The notes: generated by a model from the letters alone, not told the origin. A stretch of 32,000 nt of DNA from Candidatus Saccharimonadota bacterium (GCA_002421785.1 DIRZ01000003.1:1-32000); one strand, 5' to 3'; numbered from the stretch's first letter, positions 22,346-30,189 are shown. Numbers and translations: made by a program.

Positions 22346-22723
22346 TTAGGCAAGTTCGACTGAAGCGCCAGCTTCTTCAAGAAGCTTTTTAGCGTTTTCA
22401 GCGTCGTCTTTGCCAGCCTTCTCGAGGATTGCGCTTGGAGCGTTGTCAACGAGTGCTTTAGCTTCACCAAGGCCAAGGCCGGTGATTTCTTTAACAGCTT
22501 TGATAACTGCAACTTTTTGTGCACCAGCGTCTTTGAGGTTAACAGTGAATTCACTCTTAGTCTCTTCTGCGGCTGCACCAGCGTCTGCAGCTGGGCCAGC
22601 AACGGCAACTGCAGCAGCAGCTGGCTCGATGCCATATTCGTCTTTCAGGACGTTTTTAAGTTCGTTTACTTCAAGTACTGTCAGCTTAGTTAGCTCTTCA
22701 GCAAGTTTCTTTACGTCTGCCAT
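22346..22723 (-). CDS. rplL: 50S ribosomal protein L7/L12
   Basis: It has the N-terminal dimerisation helix, an Ala-rich hinge ([20 protein letters not shown]) and the C-terminal domain ([24 protein letters not shown]). AAAGGAG SD precedes the start. Confidence 0.95.
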   Translation of the reverse strand: MADVKKLAEELTKLTVLEVNELKNVLKDEYGIEPAAAAVAVAGPAADAGAAAEETKSEFTVNLKDAGAQKVAVIKAVKEITGLGLGEAKALVDNAPSAILEKAGKDDAENAKKLLEEAGASVELA

Positions 22724-22768
22724 AATAGTAGACTCCTTTGGTTCGTTAGAATTGGTATAAGCGTAATA

Positions 22769-23293
22769 TTACGCGGTAGCTTTGGCTTCCACGCCATCAA
22801 GCAACGCATGAAGGTTGCCAGATAGGGCGTTGGTAACATCGTGAACAGGTGAAAGCAGTTGTGCAACCACTTCGGCGATAAGCTGGTTCTTGCTAGGCAG
22901 GCTAGCAAGGGCTTTGACGTCGGCTGCGTTTTGCGCAAGACCTTCGCCGCTAAAGCCAGCAACGAGCTCGAGTGCAGGATGAGTTTTTGCAAAATCATTC
23001 AGTACTTTCGCTGGAGCTACTTCGTCGTCGGCGCTAAATGCGTAGAGCAACTGACCAACAAGCGCGCTGGTATCAGCAGCTTTGTAGGTTTTGTTGTCGC
23101 CCATGGCAACGCGCACAAGGCGGTTTTTGACTACTTTGATTGAAACACCAGCGGCGCGGGCGCTTTTGCGAAGATCCTGAACGTCAGCAACGCTGAGCCC
23201 CTGATACTTTGCAACAGCTGTTCCCTTTGCACCGGCGAACAGTTCACTAAGTTCACTCACCAAAGCTTGTTTTTTATCTTTTGTAATTGCCAT
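22769..23293 (-). CDS. rplJ: 50S ribosomal protein L10
   Basis: It lies immediately upstream of rplL, and the L10 family sequence is recognisable (KQALVSELSELF..., LRKSARAAGVSIKVVKNRL). TAAGGAG SD precedes the start. Confidence 0.93.
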   Translation of the reverse strand: MAITKDKKQALVSELSELFAGAKGTAVAKYQGLSVADVQDLRKSARAAGVSIKVVKNRLVRVAMGDNKTYKAADTSALVGQLLYAFSADDEVAPAKVLNDFAKTHPALELVAGFSGEGLAQNAADVKALASLPSKNQLIAEVVAQLLSPVHDVTNALSGNLHALLDGVEAKATA

Positions 23294-23474
23294 CAGATAA
23301 AATCTCCTTAGTTTTGGTATAGATCGACCACATTGTTAAGTTTCAGACAAGATGCAGCGGCCATGGGACTAAAAAAGCCCTTGACGTTTACATCAAAGAC
23401 CGTTGGAAAGAATAGTATTCCCTCGGTGGTATGATTAAGTGATTTCTCACCGCCACTGTCTTTGGTAATGTCTA
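23294..23474 (-). promoter_or_regulatory. rplJ 5' leader (L10-leader-like) containing an internal terminator hairpin
   Basis: There is about 180 nt of untranslated leader between the promoter at 23481-23509 and the rplJ ATG. It contains a terminator-like hairpin at 23371-23398. Autoregulatory L10(L12)4-binding leaders are established in many bacteria, but homology here is not verified. Confidence 0.5.
23371..23398 (-). terminator. Attenuator-type intrinsic terminator inside the rplJ leader
   Basis: On the minus strand, CUUUGAUG-UAAA-CGUCAAGG forms 8 bp (two of them G-U), followed by GC and UUUUUU. Confidence 0.55.
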
Positions 23475-23480
23475 GGAGTA

Positions 23481-23509
23481 ATTGTAGCAAATTACCCCCT
23501 AAACGTCAA
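23481..23509 (-). promoter_or_regulatory. Sigma70 promoter of the rplJL operon
   Basis: On the minus strand, TTGACG (23504-23509) is followed by a 17-nt spacer ending in TGC, then TACAAT (23481-23486). Confidence 0.7.
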
Positions 23510-23518
23510 GTGTGCTGC

Positions 23519-25132
23519 CTAGGGCCTGGCTGAATCAACCCGGTGCATCATTTCATCCGCACGGCCACGGCTGATAAGCGTAAGGCCGTTTTGTCCAAGG
23601 TGCATTTTTTTCGCGTTAAAGTCGGCGAGCGCGGCAGTATCTTGTGGGCCCAAGTAATAGTCCTCACCTTCCGCAAGGCGATACTGGGCATGTGACGCGC
23701 TTCCGATACGCGCGACCACACGGTCGGCGACGGTATTAAATTGAACTTCAGCAGGCAGCGGTGCCGGCTCACCCCAGCGTTGGAATCGAAGCGTCACCTT
23801 GCCCACGTGGTACGCGCCCTTTTTGACATCGACATCGTGGCCCATTTCGTCGATGTCGGCATAGCCCATTCCGCGTGCAACGGCTGCAAGGTACCCTAGG
23901 TCGCCCTTGACGTGGAGTGGTTTGTCGCGACTTGGAGACGGCGTAAGAATAACGCGCGTGTCGGCCGTGGTGCGCTGAAGAATGGCGCGCAGTTCACGGC
24001 CGATTTCTTCTGGTGTTTGCGTCAGGACGGTAGCTGCCAATAAATCGATAGGCAACATTCCTTTTTCCAAAAGTTTCTTGACGATATGTTCAGGTGGGCG
24101 CTTCAGTATGTTTTCGATGGCCTGCGGTGGTAGCTTGTCCATGCCGAGTTGGCATAATCTCCGGGCAATCCCTCCGACCGTTTTAGCACGCCACACAATC
24201 CGGTGCTTGTTGTGAGTAGCGATGCCTTCACCAAGTACGATTCCATGCGCTGCGGTGTGTGTGAGTACCTGTTCGTGTATGTTTTCGCCCAGCACCGCTT
24301 CCAACATCACTTGAGCACGTTCTTCGATTATATTTGGGGTGCCTAACGTATCGGCAATGGTGTGCGCGAGCGCAACGAGGTCGGGTCGTCCAGAAAATTC
24401 AAGTTGAAGGAGCTCTGACTTGCTTTGGAGTGCCATCCCCATACCATCGAAGCTAATAATTTCAGCAAGGGGTGCGTAGAGTGTTTTGGCTTTGTGGATA
24501 CGCTGGTACGTCTCGGTGTTATTTTGTGCCTTGTCAGAATTGAGCCATTGCTGGGCTTCGGCAGAGCCAATAAGCAGCGATTCAATGTTCACACCACGCT
24601 CGGAACGGATTTTCAAAATGTCAGTGACGCGCGTGCCGAGGGCGCGTTGACGCCATACCTCGCGCGGGACGGCGAGCGAGTTGTTTTGGTCCATATAGAG
24701 CGCAAGGCGCGTTGGGTCGTTTGCATACGTCTGCGTAGTGTTCTCGCGCCAAAAGTCATCGATTACTTCACGGTCCGACAGGAGCCCAAATATAAAGTGT
24801 TGATCTTCGTGTGGCTCATGCGACGCGGTGCGATAGGTATTGAGACTGCGCAGTGCGTGTTCCTTGTAGCGCGGATCGCGCAGGCCATCAGCTTGCTCGC
24901 TGAGCATGGCAGCATGGTAGGTTTGCGGCGTCAAATAGTCAACACAAAAGTCGGCGATAAGCGTATTTGTAGTCGCCATCGCAGATTGCCTTGCAGCAAG
25001 TGAATGCGCTGGCTCCTGGATACTTTGCCAATACTGGGCATAGGCAGCGCGAACAGCTTCCGGCGCGAGCGGAAACTCATGGTTAGGATAGGCCGCTCGA
25101 TTTGAGGGCCTCTCGGACGCATGTTCGTACAT
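23519..25132 (-). CDS. Hypothetical 537-aa protein with a divergent RelA/SpoT-like (RSH synthetase-fold) nucleotidyltransferase region in the C-terminal half
   Basis: Motif-level resemblance by eye only. WRAKTVGGIARRL resembles the R-x-K..S...K..R motif. IDLLAATV resembles D-x-x-G-x-R-I. AEVQFNTVADRVVARIGSASHAQYR resembles vEIQIRTxxxxxWAxxxHxxxYK. The N-terminal 300 aa are not recognisable. Confidence 0.4.
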   Translation of the reverse strand: MYEHASERPSNRAAYPNHEFPLAPEAVRAAYAQYWQSIQEPAHSLAARQSAMATTNTLIADFCVDYLTPQTYHAAMLSEQADGLRDPRYKEHALRSLNTYRTASHEPHEDQHFIFGLLSDREVIDDFWRENTTQTYANDPTRLALYMDQNNSLAVPREVWRQRALGTRVTDILKIRSERGVNIESLLIGSAEAQQWLNSDKAQNNTETYQRIHKAKTLYAPLAEIISFDGMGMALQSKSELLQLEFSGRPDLVALAHTIADTLGTPNIIEERAQVMLEAVLGENIHEQVLTHTAAHGIVLGEGIATHNKHRIVWRAKTVGGIARRLCQLGMDKLPPQAIENILKRPPEHIVKKLLEKGMLPIDLLAATVLTQTPEEIGRELRAILQRTTADTRVILTPSPSRDKPLHVKGDLGYLAAVARGMGYADIDEMGHDVDVKKGAYHVGKVTLRFQRWGEPAPLPAEVQFNTVADRVVARIGSASHAQYRLAEGEDYYLGPQDTAALADFNAKKMHLGQNGLTLISRGRADEMMHRVDSARP

Positions 25133-25138
25133 ATTATA

Positions 25139-25167
25139 ACATTAGCATAAATGAGTAATAATGTCAA
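25139..25167 (-). promoter_or_regulatory. Sigma70 promoter of the RSH-like gene, giving a leaderless start
   Basis: On the minus strand, TTGACA (25162-25167, overlapping the tmk stop) is followed by a 17-nt spacer ending in TGC, then TAATGT (25139-25144), then 6 nt and ATG 25132. Confidence 0.55.
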
Positions 25168-25892
25168 TTTCTGTCATGTTTTGGCAAGAGGTTGCGCACC
25201 CAAATAAGTTCCATGATTTGTTGGTGTACCTCGTCGATTGGTCGCATATTGTTTAAGCTGTCCAATGCGTCAATCGGGATGAACTCGTCGGGCAGAATCT
25301 CGCATAGCTCATCGTAATTACGGAGTGCTAGAGTTAAGTGGTTTGCATCCGCTTCATGAATGTCTCGTTTTGCATCTGTGTAGCTGTGGACGCTCGCATC
25401 TTTGCGGTCGACGTTTGCCTGGGCAGTTGTTGCGTCAGCGCGCAGCACGATATTTAGATCTGGCCGCGGCTCTTTGAGGATATCATACTCTAGTTCCACC
25501 ATTTCACGGTAGAACCGGTGGCGCTCTTCTTGGGATGCAATTTTGGTCCCTTGATGGGCCATATTCGACGCAGGGCTTCGGTCGCTCACAACAACTCCAC
25601 GCGGCTGCTCTAGGTGTGCGCGGACAGTTGCGAGAGTGTCGGCATCGACGCGGTCAAGTGCGTAGGCGAGCGCTGCAAGGTCGGCAGGGACATCATTTGC
25701 TTGCCCATACTCTCCACGCAAATAACGTTCAACGTAGCGTGCGGACGGTTTGCCATACTGAGGATAGCTCATTGCGAGCACGTCAAATCCTCGCTCCCGA
25801 AGGTCTGTTACCAATTCACGCGCCTGTGTGCCCTTGCCTGACCCATCTCCGCCTTCAAGTGCGATATATATACCATTGTGCTGCTTAACCAT
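25164..25892 (-). CDS. tmk: dTMP kinase (thymidylate kinase) family protein
   Basis: It has the P-loop IALEGGDGSGKGTQ and a DRS..S..A.Q segment (VVSDRSPASNMAHQG). The start overlaps the dcd stop as TAATG. Confidence 0.85.
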   Translation of the reverse strand: MVKQHNGIYIALEGGDGSGKGTQARELVTDLRERGFDVLAMSYPQYGKPSARYVERYLRGEYGQANDVPADLAALAYALDRVDADTLATVRAHLEQPRGVVVSDRSPASNMAHQGTKIASQEERHRFYREMVELEYDILKEPRPDLNIVLRADATTAQANVDRKDASVHSYTDAKRDIHEADANHLTLALRNYDELCEILPDEFIPIDALDSLNNMRPIDEVHQQIMELIWVRNLLPKHDRN

Positions 25893-26611
25893 TACAATAT
25901 TCCTTCCGTGAGTCCTTTAATCTTTTTTGGTTTTGTGCGCTTATCTTTGTAGTTGCGCGGCAACATATCTTCGGGCTTCCAGTTTGCAATGAGTTCGTCT
26001 AAGTTGTCCGTTGTTTGGTACTTGCCACTCATGCCCGAACGACCAGTGCTGTAGTCGCCTTCGACGACGCCCGTTTTATGAAACACTAGCTGCCCCATGC
26101 GTTCGCCGACGGGCAGTACGACACTCTCGTGCATGTTTAGGTTGTAAATTTCGAGCGTAATGCGATTAATATAACCCGGGTCTACCCAGCCCGCATCAAA
26201 ACATACCGCTACGCCGTTGCGCCCCCAGCTACTACGGGCGCGTACTTCTGCGGCGCCACCATGAGCACGAATGCCCATGAACTCGTGTGTATGCGCCAGG
26301 ATTCGCTCACCGGGTCGCAAGACGATAATTGGGTGGTTGCGCGGGATGTTGGCGAATGGTTTGTAGCCGTAGCGTTCACACCACTCATGGTGCGGAATTG
26401 CTTTTAGCGGGCCTTTGAAATATCGATCAACGTCTTCTTTGTCGAACGGGTTATACATGCGGGAATCTTCGCGCACTTCCTGCTTGTAAAAATAGTAGCC
26501 GAGCGTAAAGTCCAGGCTGGCTTCGCTGACGTGCGCTTCGTTATATGGCACGCTGACAATCGTGTCGTTACAAATGGCCGTTTTAATTTCAGTATTGCTG
26601 TAGACGCTCAC
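25892..26611 (-). CDS. dcd: dCTP deaminase family protein (dUTPase superfamily)
   Basis: Its N terminus (EIKTAI...VSEASLDFTLG) and the core (GWVDPGYINRITLEIYNLNMHESVVLPVGERMGQLVF) match Dcd-type enzymes. It starts at GTG with a GAGGGA SD. At 239 aa it is longer than typical. Confidence 0.8.
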   Translation of the reverse strand: MSVYSNTEIKTAICNDTIVSVPYNEAHVSEASLDFTLGYYFYKQEVREDSRMYNPFDKEDVDRYFKGPLKAIPHHEWCERYGYKPFANIPRNHPIIVLRPGERILAHTHEFMGIRAHGGAAEVRARSSWGRNGVAVCFDAGWVDPGYINRITLEIYNLNMHESVVLPVGERMGQLVFHKTGVVEGDYSTGRSGMSGKYQTTDNLDELIANWKPEDMLPRNYKDKRTKPKKIKGLTEGIL

Positions 26612-26669
26612 ATTAACTTCCCTCTCTTAGCGCCCACCAATTAGTTTTAGTATACCCTACGCGCGGCTG

Positions 26670-26678
26670 TGATACCAT
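26670..26678 (+). promoter_or_regulatory. Extended -10 (TGA-TACCAT) of folA, giving a leaderless start
   Basis: TGATACCAT is followed by 6 nt (GAATCT), then ATG 26685. There is no SD. Confidence 0.4.
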
Positions 26679-26684
26679 GAATCT

Positions 26685-27176
26685 ATGAAGAGTATTGTGG
26701 TTGCTTACGATAAGCAACGTGGCATTGGCGCGGCGGGTGATTTGTTGTGGCAGCGCGACCTACCGGCTGACTTGGCGCATTTCAAACAATTGACGATGGG
26801 CGGGTCAATTGTGATGGGTCGCAAGACGTATGAATCGATTGGCCGTGCGCTACCGGGACGTGAAAACATTGTCGTGAGTCATGGTCCTATCGACGCAACT
26901 GATGTCATTGCCGTGACGAGCCTCGAGGCTGCCTATGCCGCGGCGCACGGCAACATCTTCGTGATTGGTGGTGGCCAAATTTACGAGCAAGCAATAGCCG
27001 GGGTTGACGTTGTGTATGCGACCGAAGTGCAACAGACATTCCCCGAGGCTACCGTGTTCTTCCCCGCGCTTGATGATTCGTGGCAGGAGCGCGCTCGCGA
27101 GCCCCACGTGGCCGATGACCGCAACAAGTACGATTACGACTTTGTGACCTACGCTAGAACTAGCGGTACACGCTAG
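26685..27176 (+). CDS. folA: Dihydrofolate reductase
   Basis: It is 163 aa with IVVAYDKQRGIGAAGDLLWQ..LPADLAHFKQLTMGGSIVMGRKTYESIG, the classic DHFR N-terminal signature. Confidence 0.93.
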   Translation: MKSIVVAYDKQRGIGAAGDLLWQRDLPADLAHFKQLTMGGSIVMGRKTYESIGRALPGRENIVVSHGPIDATDVIAVTSLEAAYAAAHGNIFVIGGGQIYEQAIAGVDVVYATEVQQTFPEATVFFPALDDSWQERAREPHVADDRNKYDYDFVTYARTSGTR

Positions 27177-27194
27177 CCCTAGCGTCAATTTTTG

Positions 27195-28190
27195 TTAAAT
27201 TGCTACCTGGCCTTTGATGGCCAGATGGTGTTTGTAGCCGACGACGCGGAAATCGTCTGCTTTGAAGTCGCCAATATCTTTCACGTCCGGATTTAGCTCG
27301 AGGTGTGGCGCCTCGAATAGTTCATGACGGCGCGCGAGCTGTTCGTTAACCTGGTCAATATGATTTTTATAAATATGTGCACTTCCAAATTTGTGGTATA
27401 AGTACCTAGGTGTCCGATCAGTAGTTTGTGCCATAGCGCTCAGTAGCATCGCATATTGAGCCATGTTGAAGGGAACACCTAAAAACCAGTCAGCGCTACG
27501 CTGGTAAAGTTGAAGGTCGAGGAATTTTTTGCCTGTCTCGGGATCAACCTGATTAGGTGCATTAAACTGAAATAGCGTGTGGCATGGCGGTAAACCCGCC
27601 TTCTCCATAGCTTCAATATCGCCGACATTCCATGCACTGACGATGAGTCGGCGACCGAACTTTTTGCCGCGCTCGTTGTCGATGTTGCGAATATGATCCT
27701 GGACGTCTCGCAGCTGGTCGATTGCCTTGCCGTCGGGACCTTCCCACGCTCTCCACTGGTGGCCGTAGATCGGTCCAAGCTCACCGTATTGTCGAGAAAA
27801 TTCATCATCTCTAATTACCCTCTCGACATATTGTGCTTGCAGGGCGCTCCACTCGTCGGTTCCCTGTTCTGGGACCGGAACGCCGGTCTGTCGCAGCCAG
27901 TTTTTGAGGGGCCATTCATCCCAGATGTGCACATCGTTTTCTGCAAGATAGCGCAGATTGGTGTCTCCACGGAGCATCCAGCCTAGTTCGTGTCGTATGA
28001 CACGAGTCACTACATTTTTTGTCGTGAGCAGCGGAAACTCTGCGCGCAGGTCATAGCGCATTTCAGCGTCTCCGAATAGATCAAGTGTGCCAACATTGGT
28101 ACGATCGTTCGTTGGCTCACCTTCGTTTAATATTGTCTGCGCCCAGTCCAGGTACTGGATTTCCGCACGTGGTTTTTCTAGACTCATCAC
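27195..28190 (-). CDS. thyA: Thymidylate synthase ThyA (with an insertion of about 50 aa after the IWDEW motif)
   Basis: It has IWDEW, GPIYGHQWR, IVSAWN, the catalytic LPPCH, YQRSADWFLGVPFN and the C-terminal ...KGQVAI. The insertion lies between IWDEW and GELGPIYG. Confidence 0.93.
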   Translation of the reverse strand: MMSLEKPRAEIQYLDWAQTILNEGEPTNDRTNVGTLDLFGDAEMRYDLRAEFPLLTTKNVVTRVIRHELGWMLRGDTNLRYLAENDVHIWDEWPLKNWLRQTGVPVPEQGTDEWSALQAQYVERVIRDDEFSRQYGELGPIYGHQWRAWEGPDGKAIDQLRDVQDHIRNIDNERGKKFGRRLIVSAWNVGDIEAMEKAGLPPCHTLFQFNAPNQVDPETGKKFLDLQLYQRSADWFLGVPFNMAQYAMLLSAMAQTTDRTPRYLYHKFGSAHIYKNHIDQVNEQLARRHELFEAPHLELNPDVKDIGDFKADDFRVVGYKHHLAIKGQVAI

Positions 28191-28273
28191 TACCCCTCTA
28201 CATTACAACTGTTTGTCTTAGTATATTAGGGTAATACTGCTCATGCTAGGGCGAAGTAGTACCCTAGATTTTA

Positions 28274-28282
28274 TGCTAAAAT
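28274..28282 (+). promoter_or_regulatory. Extended -10 (TGC-TAAAAT) of the wHTH-Nudix gene, giving a leaderless start
   Basis: TTATGCTAAAAT is followed by 6 nt (AGTGGC), then ATG 28289. Confidence 0.5.
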
Positions 28283-28288
28283 AGTGGC

Positions 28289-28984
28289 ATGACAAGCACT
28301 GGAGAGTTGCACAAGGCGCAGAGCACCATTCTGTATACGCTGCAGTATGCCACGCGAGCGCGTTATAGCGAGCTGCAGCACGCTGCGCACATGGAAAGCG
28401 ACGTATTTAAGTTCCATATACGTAAACTGCGACGTACCGGGCATATTGTTAAGGCCGATGACGGGCTATATGAGCTGACTGCCGAGGGTAAGGCGCTCGT
28501 TAGCCGACTCGACAAACAGACGGGGCGCGAAATTGAGCAGCCAAAATCATCAATGCTGATGGTGGTGCGTTCGGGTGACTTAGTGCTCGGCCATCGCCGC
28601 GACCGTGAGCCGTTCAACGGATTTTGGGGTATTGCAAGCGCGCCCGTGCTGCGTGGTGTACCGGTTGTTGAATCGGCACAGCGCGAGCTCAAAAAGCAAA
28701 CCGGTATTACCGCTCGCTTTCGTGTGGCCGGGAGTTACCGCGTTATCGACACAAATCGCTGTGGCGTGGTGTACGAGGATAAGATATTTGCTGTGTTGGT
28801 GGCGGATGTTAACTTGCCAGTTGCGCCGCACGAATGGTCTGGCGGCCATAGTGAATGGATGGATATTTCAACCCTCCTTTCGAAACAAAAGCTGTTCCCT
28901 ACCACGGGCGCCACGCTCGACATGATTGCGAGTGGCGAGACGTTTCGAGAAGATGTGTGTATGTACGCCGAAACGGAATATTAA
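28289..28984 (+). CDS. Winged-helix DNA-binding domain fused to a Nudix-fold domain with a degenerate Nudix box
   Basis: The N-terminal ~75 aa look like a MarR/ArsR-type wHTH (YSELQHAAHMESDVFKFHIRKLRRTGHIVK). The C-terminal part has a Nudix-like G..(x)..ESAQRELKKQTGI in which the EE pair of the catalytic REUXEE is replaced by KQ. Confidence 0.55.
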   Translation: MTSTGELHKAQSTILYTLQYATRARYSELQHAAHMESDVFKFHIRKLRRTGHIVKADDGLYELTAEGKALVSRLDKQTGREIEQPKSSMLMVVRSGDLVLGHRRDREPFNGFWGIASAPVLRGVPVVESAQRELKKQTGITARFRVAGSYRVIDTNRCGVVYEDKIFAVLVADVNLPVAPHEWSGGHSEWMDISTLLSKQKLFPTTGATLDMIASGETFREDVCMYAETEY

Positions 28985-29021
28985 AATACCGCGCTCTAGC
29001 GGCGCGGTATTTTAATATTCC
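28975..29021. terminator. Bidirectional terminator (20-bp perfect inverted repeat)
   Basis: GGAATATTAAAATACCGCGC (28975-28994) and GCGCGGTATTTTAATATTCC (29002-29021) flank a 7-nt loop. The element sits between convergent genes and overlaps the stop codon of the wHTH-Nudix gene. Confidence 0.8.
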
Positions 29022-29029
29022 GTAGTGGA

Positions 29030-30028
29030 CTAGTTGACTTGGTTTTCTAGCTTAATGCCAGGACCCATAGTAGTCGCTACGGCGCTAGATTTGACGTAAA
29101 CGCCTTTCAAACTGCTTGGCTTTTGGCTCTGAAGGCTTGCGAAGAACGCTGCTGCGTTTTCTTCGAGCTTCTTTGTGCCAAAGCTGACCTTACCGATGCT
29201 AAGGTGAATTGTTGCTTGCTTGTCGACGCGGTATTCAACCTTGCCGGCCTTGGCTTCGGTAACGGCTTTTGCAACGTCGGTTGCGACAGTACCGCTCTTA
29301 GGGTTTGGCATCAGACCTTTTGGACCGAGCAAGCGTGCGTACTTGCCAAGTTTTGGCATGTAAGCAGGGGTTGCGATCAGTACGTCAAAGTCGATGGTTT
29401 CTTTGTCGAGCTGCTTTGTAAATTCTTCGTCGCCTGCGATGTCAGCGCCAGCCTTTAGAGCTGCTGCGGCATCTGCTTCGGGTGCGAACACTGCGACACG
29501 GATTTTTTTGCCTGTGCCGTTTGGTAGGCTCACGGTTGCGCGCACATTCTGGTCTGCCTGGCGCGGGTCAACGCCGAGTCGAACATGGAGTTCTACGCTT
29601 GCGTCAAACGTTGCAGGGCTGGTTTTGGTCGCAAGTTCGAGTGCTTCAGTAAGACCGTAAACTTTTGTGCTATCAACAAGCTTGGCAAGTTCCTGGAATT
29701 TTTTGCCACGGCGTTCGATTTGTGGACGAACTTTTGGTGCGGGACCTTTGGCGCGGTTTTCAACTGCACTTGGATCAACGGGGGTGGTGTCCCCTGCTTC
29801 TTTGCGGGCTTCTTTTTCGGCTTTTTCTTCGGCTGCTTCGCGCGCTTTTTCACTGCGCTTGCCACTTTTGGCGACGTCGGCTTTGCGTTCTGTGATTACT
29901 TCTTTGTCTACGCCTTTGACTGCTTTTGCGGCAGCGATGGCTGCTTCAATTTCAGCGATTGTGTTTGCCTGAGTGACGGTTAGCTTAAGCTTGCTAGCTT
30001 CTTCTAATAGTTCGGCTTTTTTTGCCAT
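29030..30028 (-). CDS. rplA: 50S ribosomal protein L1 with an N-terminal extension of about 105 aa
   Basis: The L1 core runs from about aa 106 ([27 protein letters not shown]...[13 protein letters not shown]...). AGGAG lies 6 nt upstream of ATG 30028. There is no internal Met near the canonical L1 start. Confidence 0.9.
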   Translation of the reverse strand: MAKKAELLEEASKLKLTVTQANTIAEIEAAIAAAKAVKGVDKEVITERKADVAKSGKRSEKAREAAEEKAEKEARKEAGDTTPVDPSAVENRAKGPAPKVRPQIERRGKKFQELAKLVDSTKVYGLTEALELATKTSPATFDASVELHVRLGVDPRQADQNVRATVSLPNGTGKKIRVAVFAPEADAAAALKAGADIAGDEEFTKQLDKETIDFDVLIATPAYMPKLGKYARLLGPKGLMPNPKSGTVATDVAKAVTEAKAGKVEYRVDKQATIHLSIGKVSFGTKKLEENAAAFFASLQSQKPSSLKGVYVKSSAVATTMGPGIKLENQVN

Positions 30029-30090
30029 AAATTATCTCCTGCGGTAGTAGCGGCTTACGAGGCCTCCCGACATTAATTTGTATCTATAAT

Positions 30091-30099
30091 ATTTTAGCA
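30091..30099 (-). promoter_or_regulatory. Extended -10 (TGC-TAAAAT) of rplA
   Basis: On the minus strand, GTGCTAAAAT is followed by a leader of about 58 nt that contains GUCGGGAGGCC and then the SD. Confidence 0.45.
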
Positions 30100-30189
30100 C
30101 AAAGTTGGCCAAAGGTCTAGGATTCAGTTAGCTGGTATGATGTCCGCGGGATACATCGCCCGTAGCTAATGATATAGGCTTGCTCTTAT

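Noticed and set aside
25164-28190. The cluster dcd + tmk-like kinase + long ThyA homolog could be a phage-style DNA hypermodification (5-hydroxymethyl-pyrimidine) pathway.
   Set aside because: ThyA keeps the canonical thymidylate-synthase motifs (IWDEW, LPPCH, YQRSxDxFLGxPFN), and its extra length is an insertion at the position known from Lactobacillus-type ThyA. A bona fide DHFR sits next to it, which is needed only if dihydrofolate is produced by true ThyA chemistry. No glycosyl- or amino-transferase partners are present.
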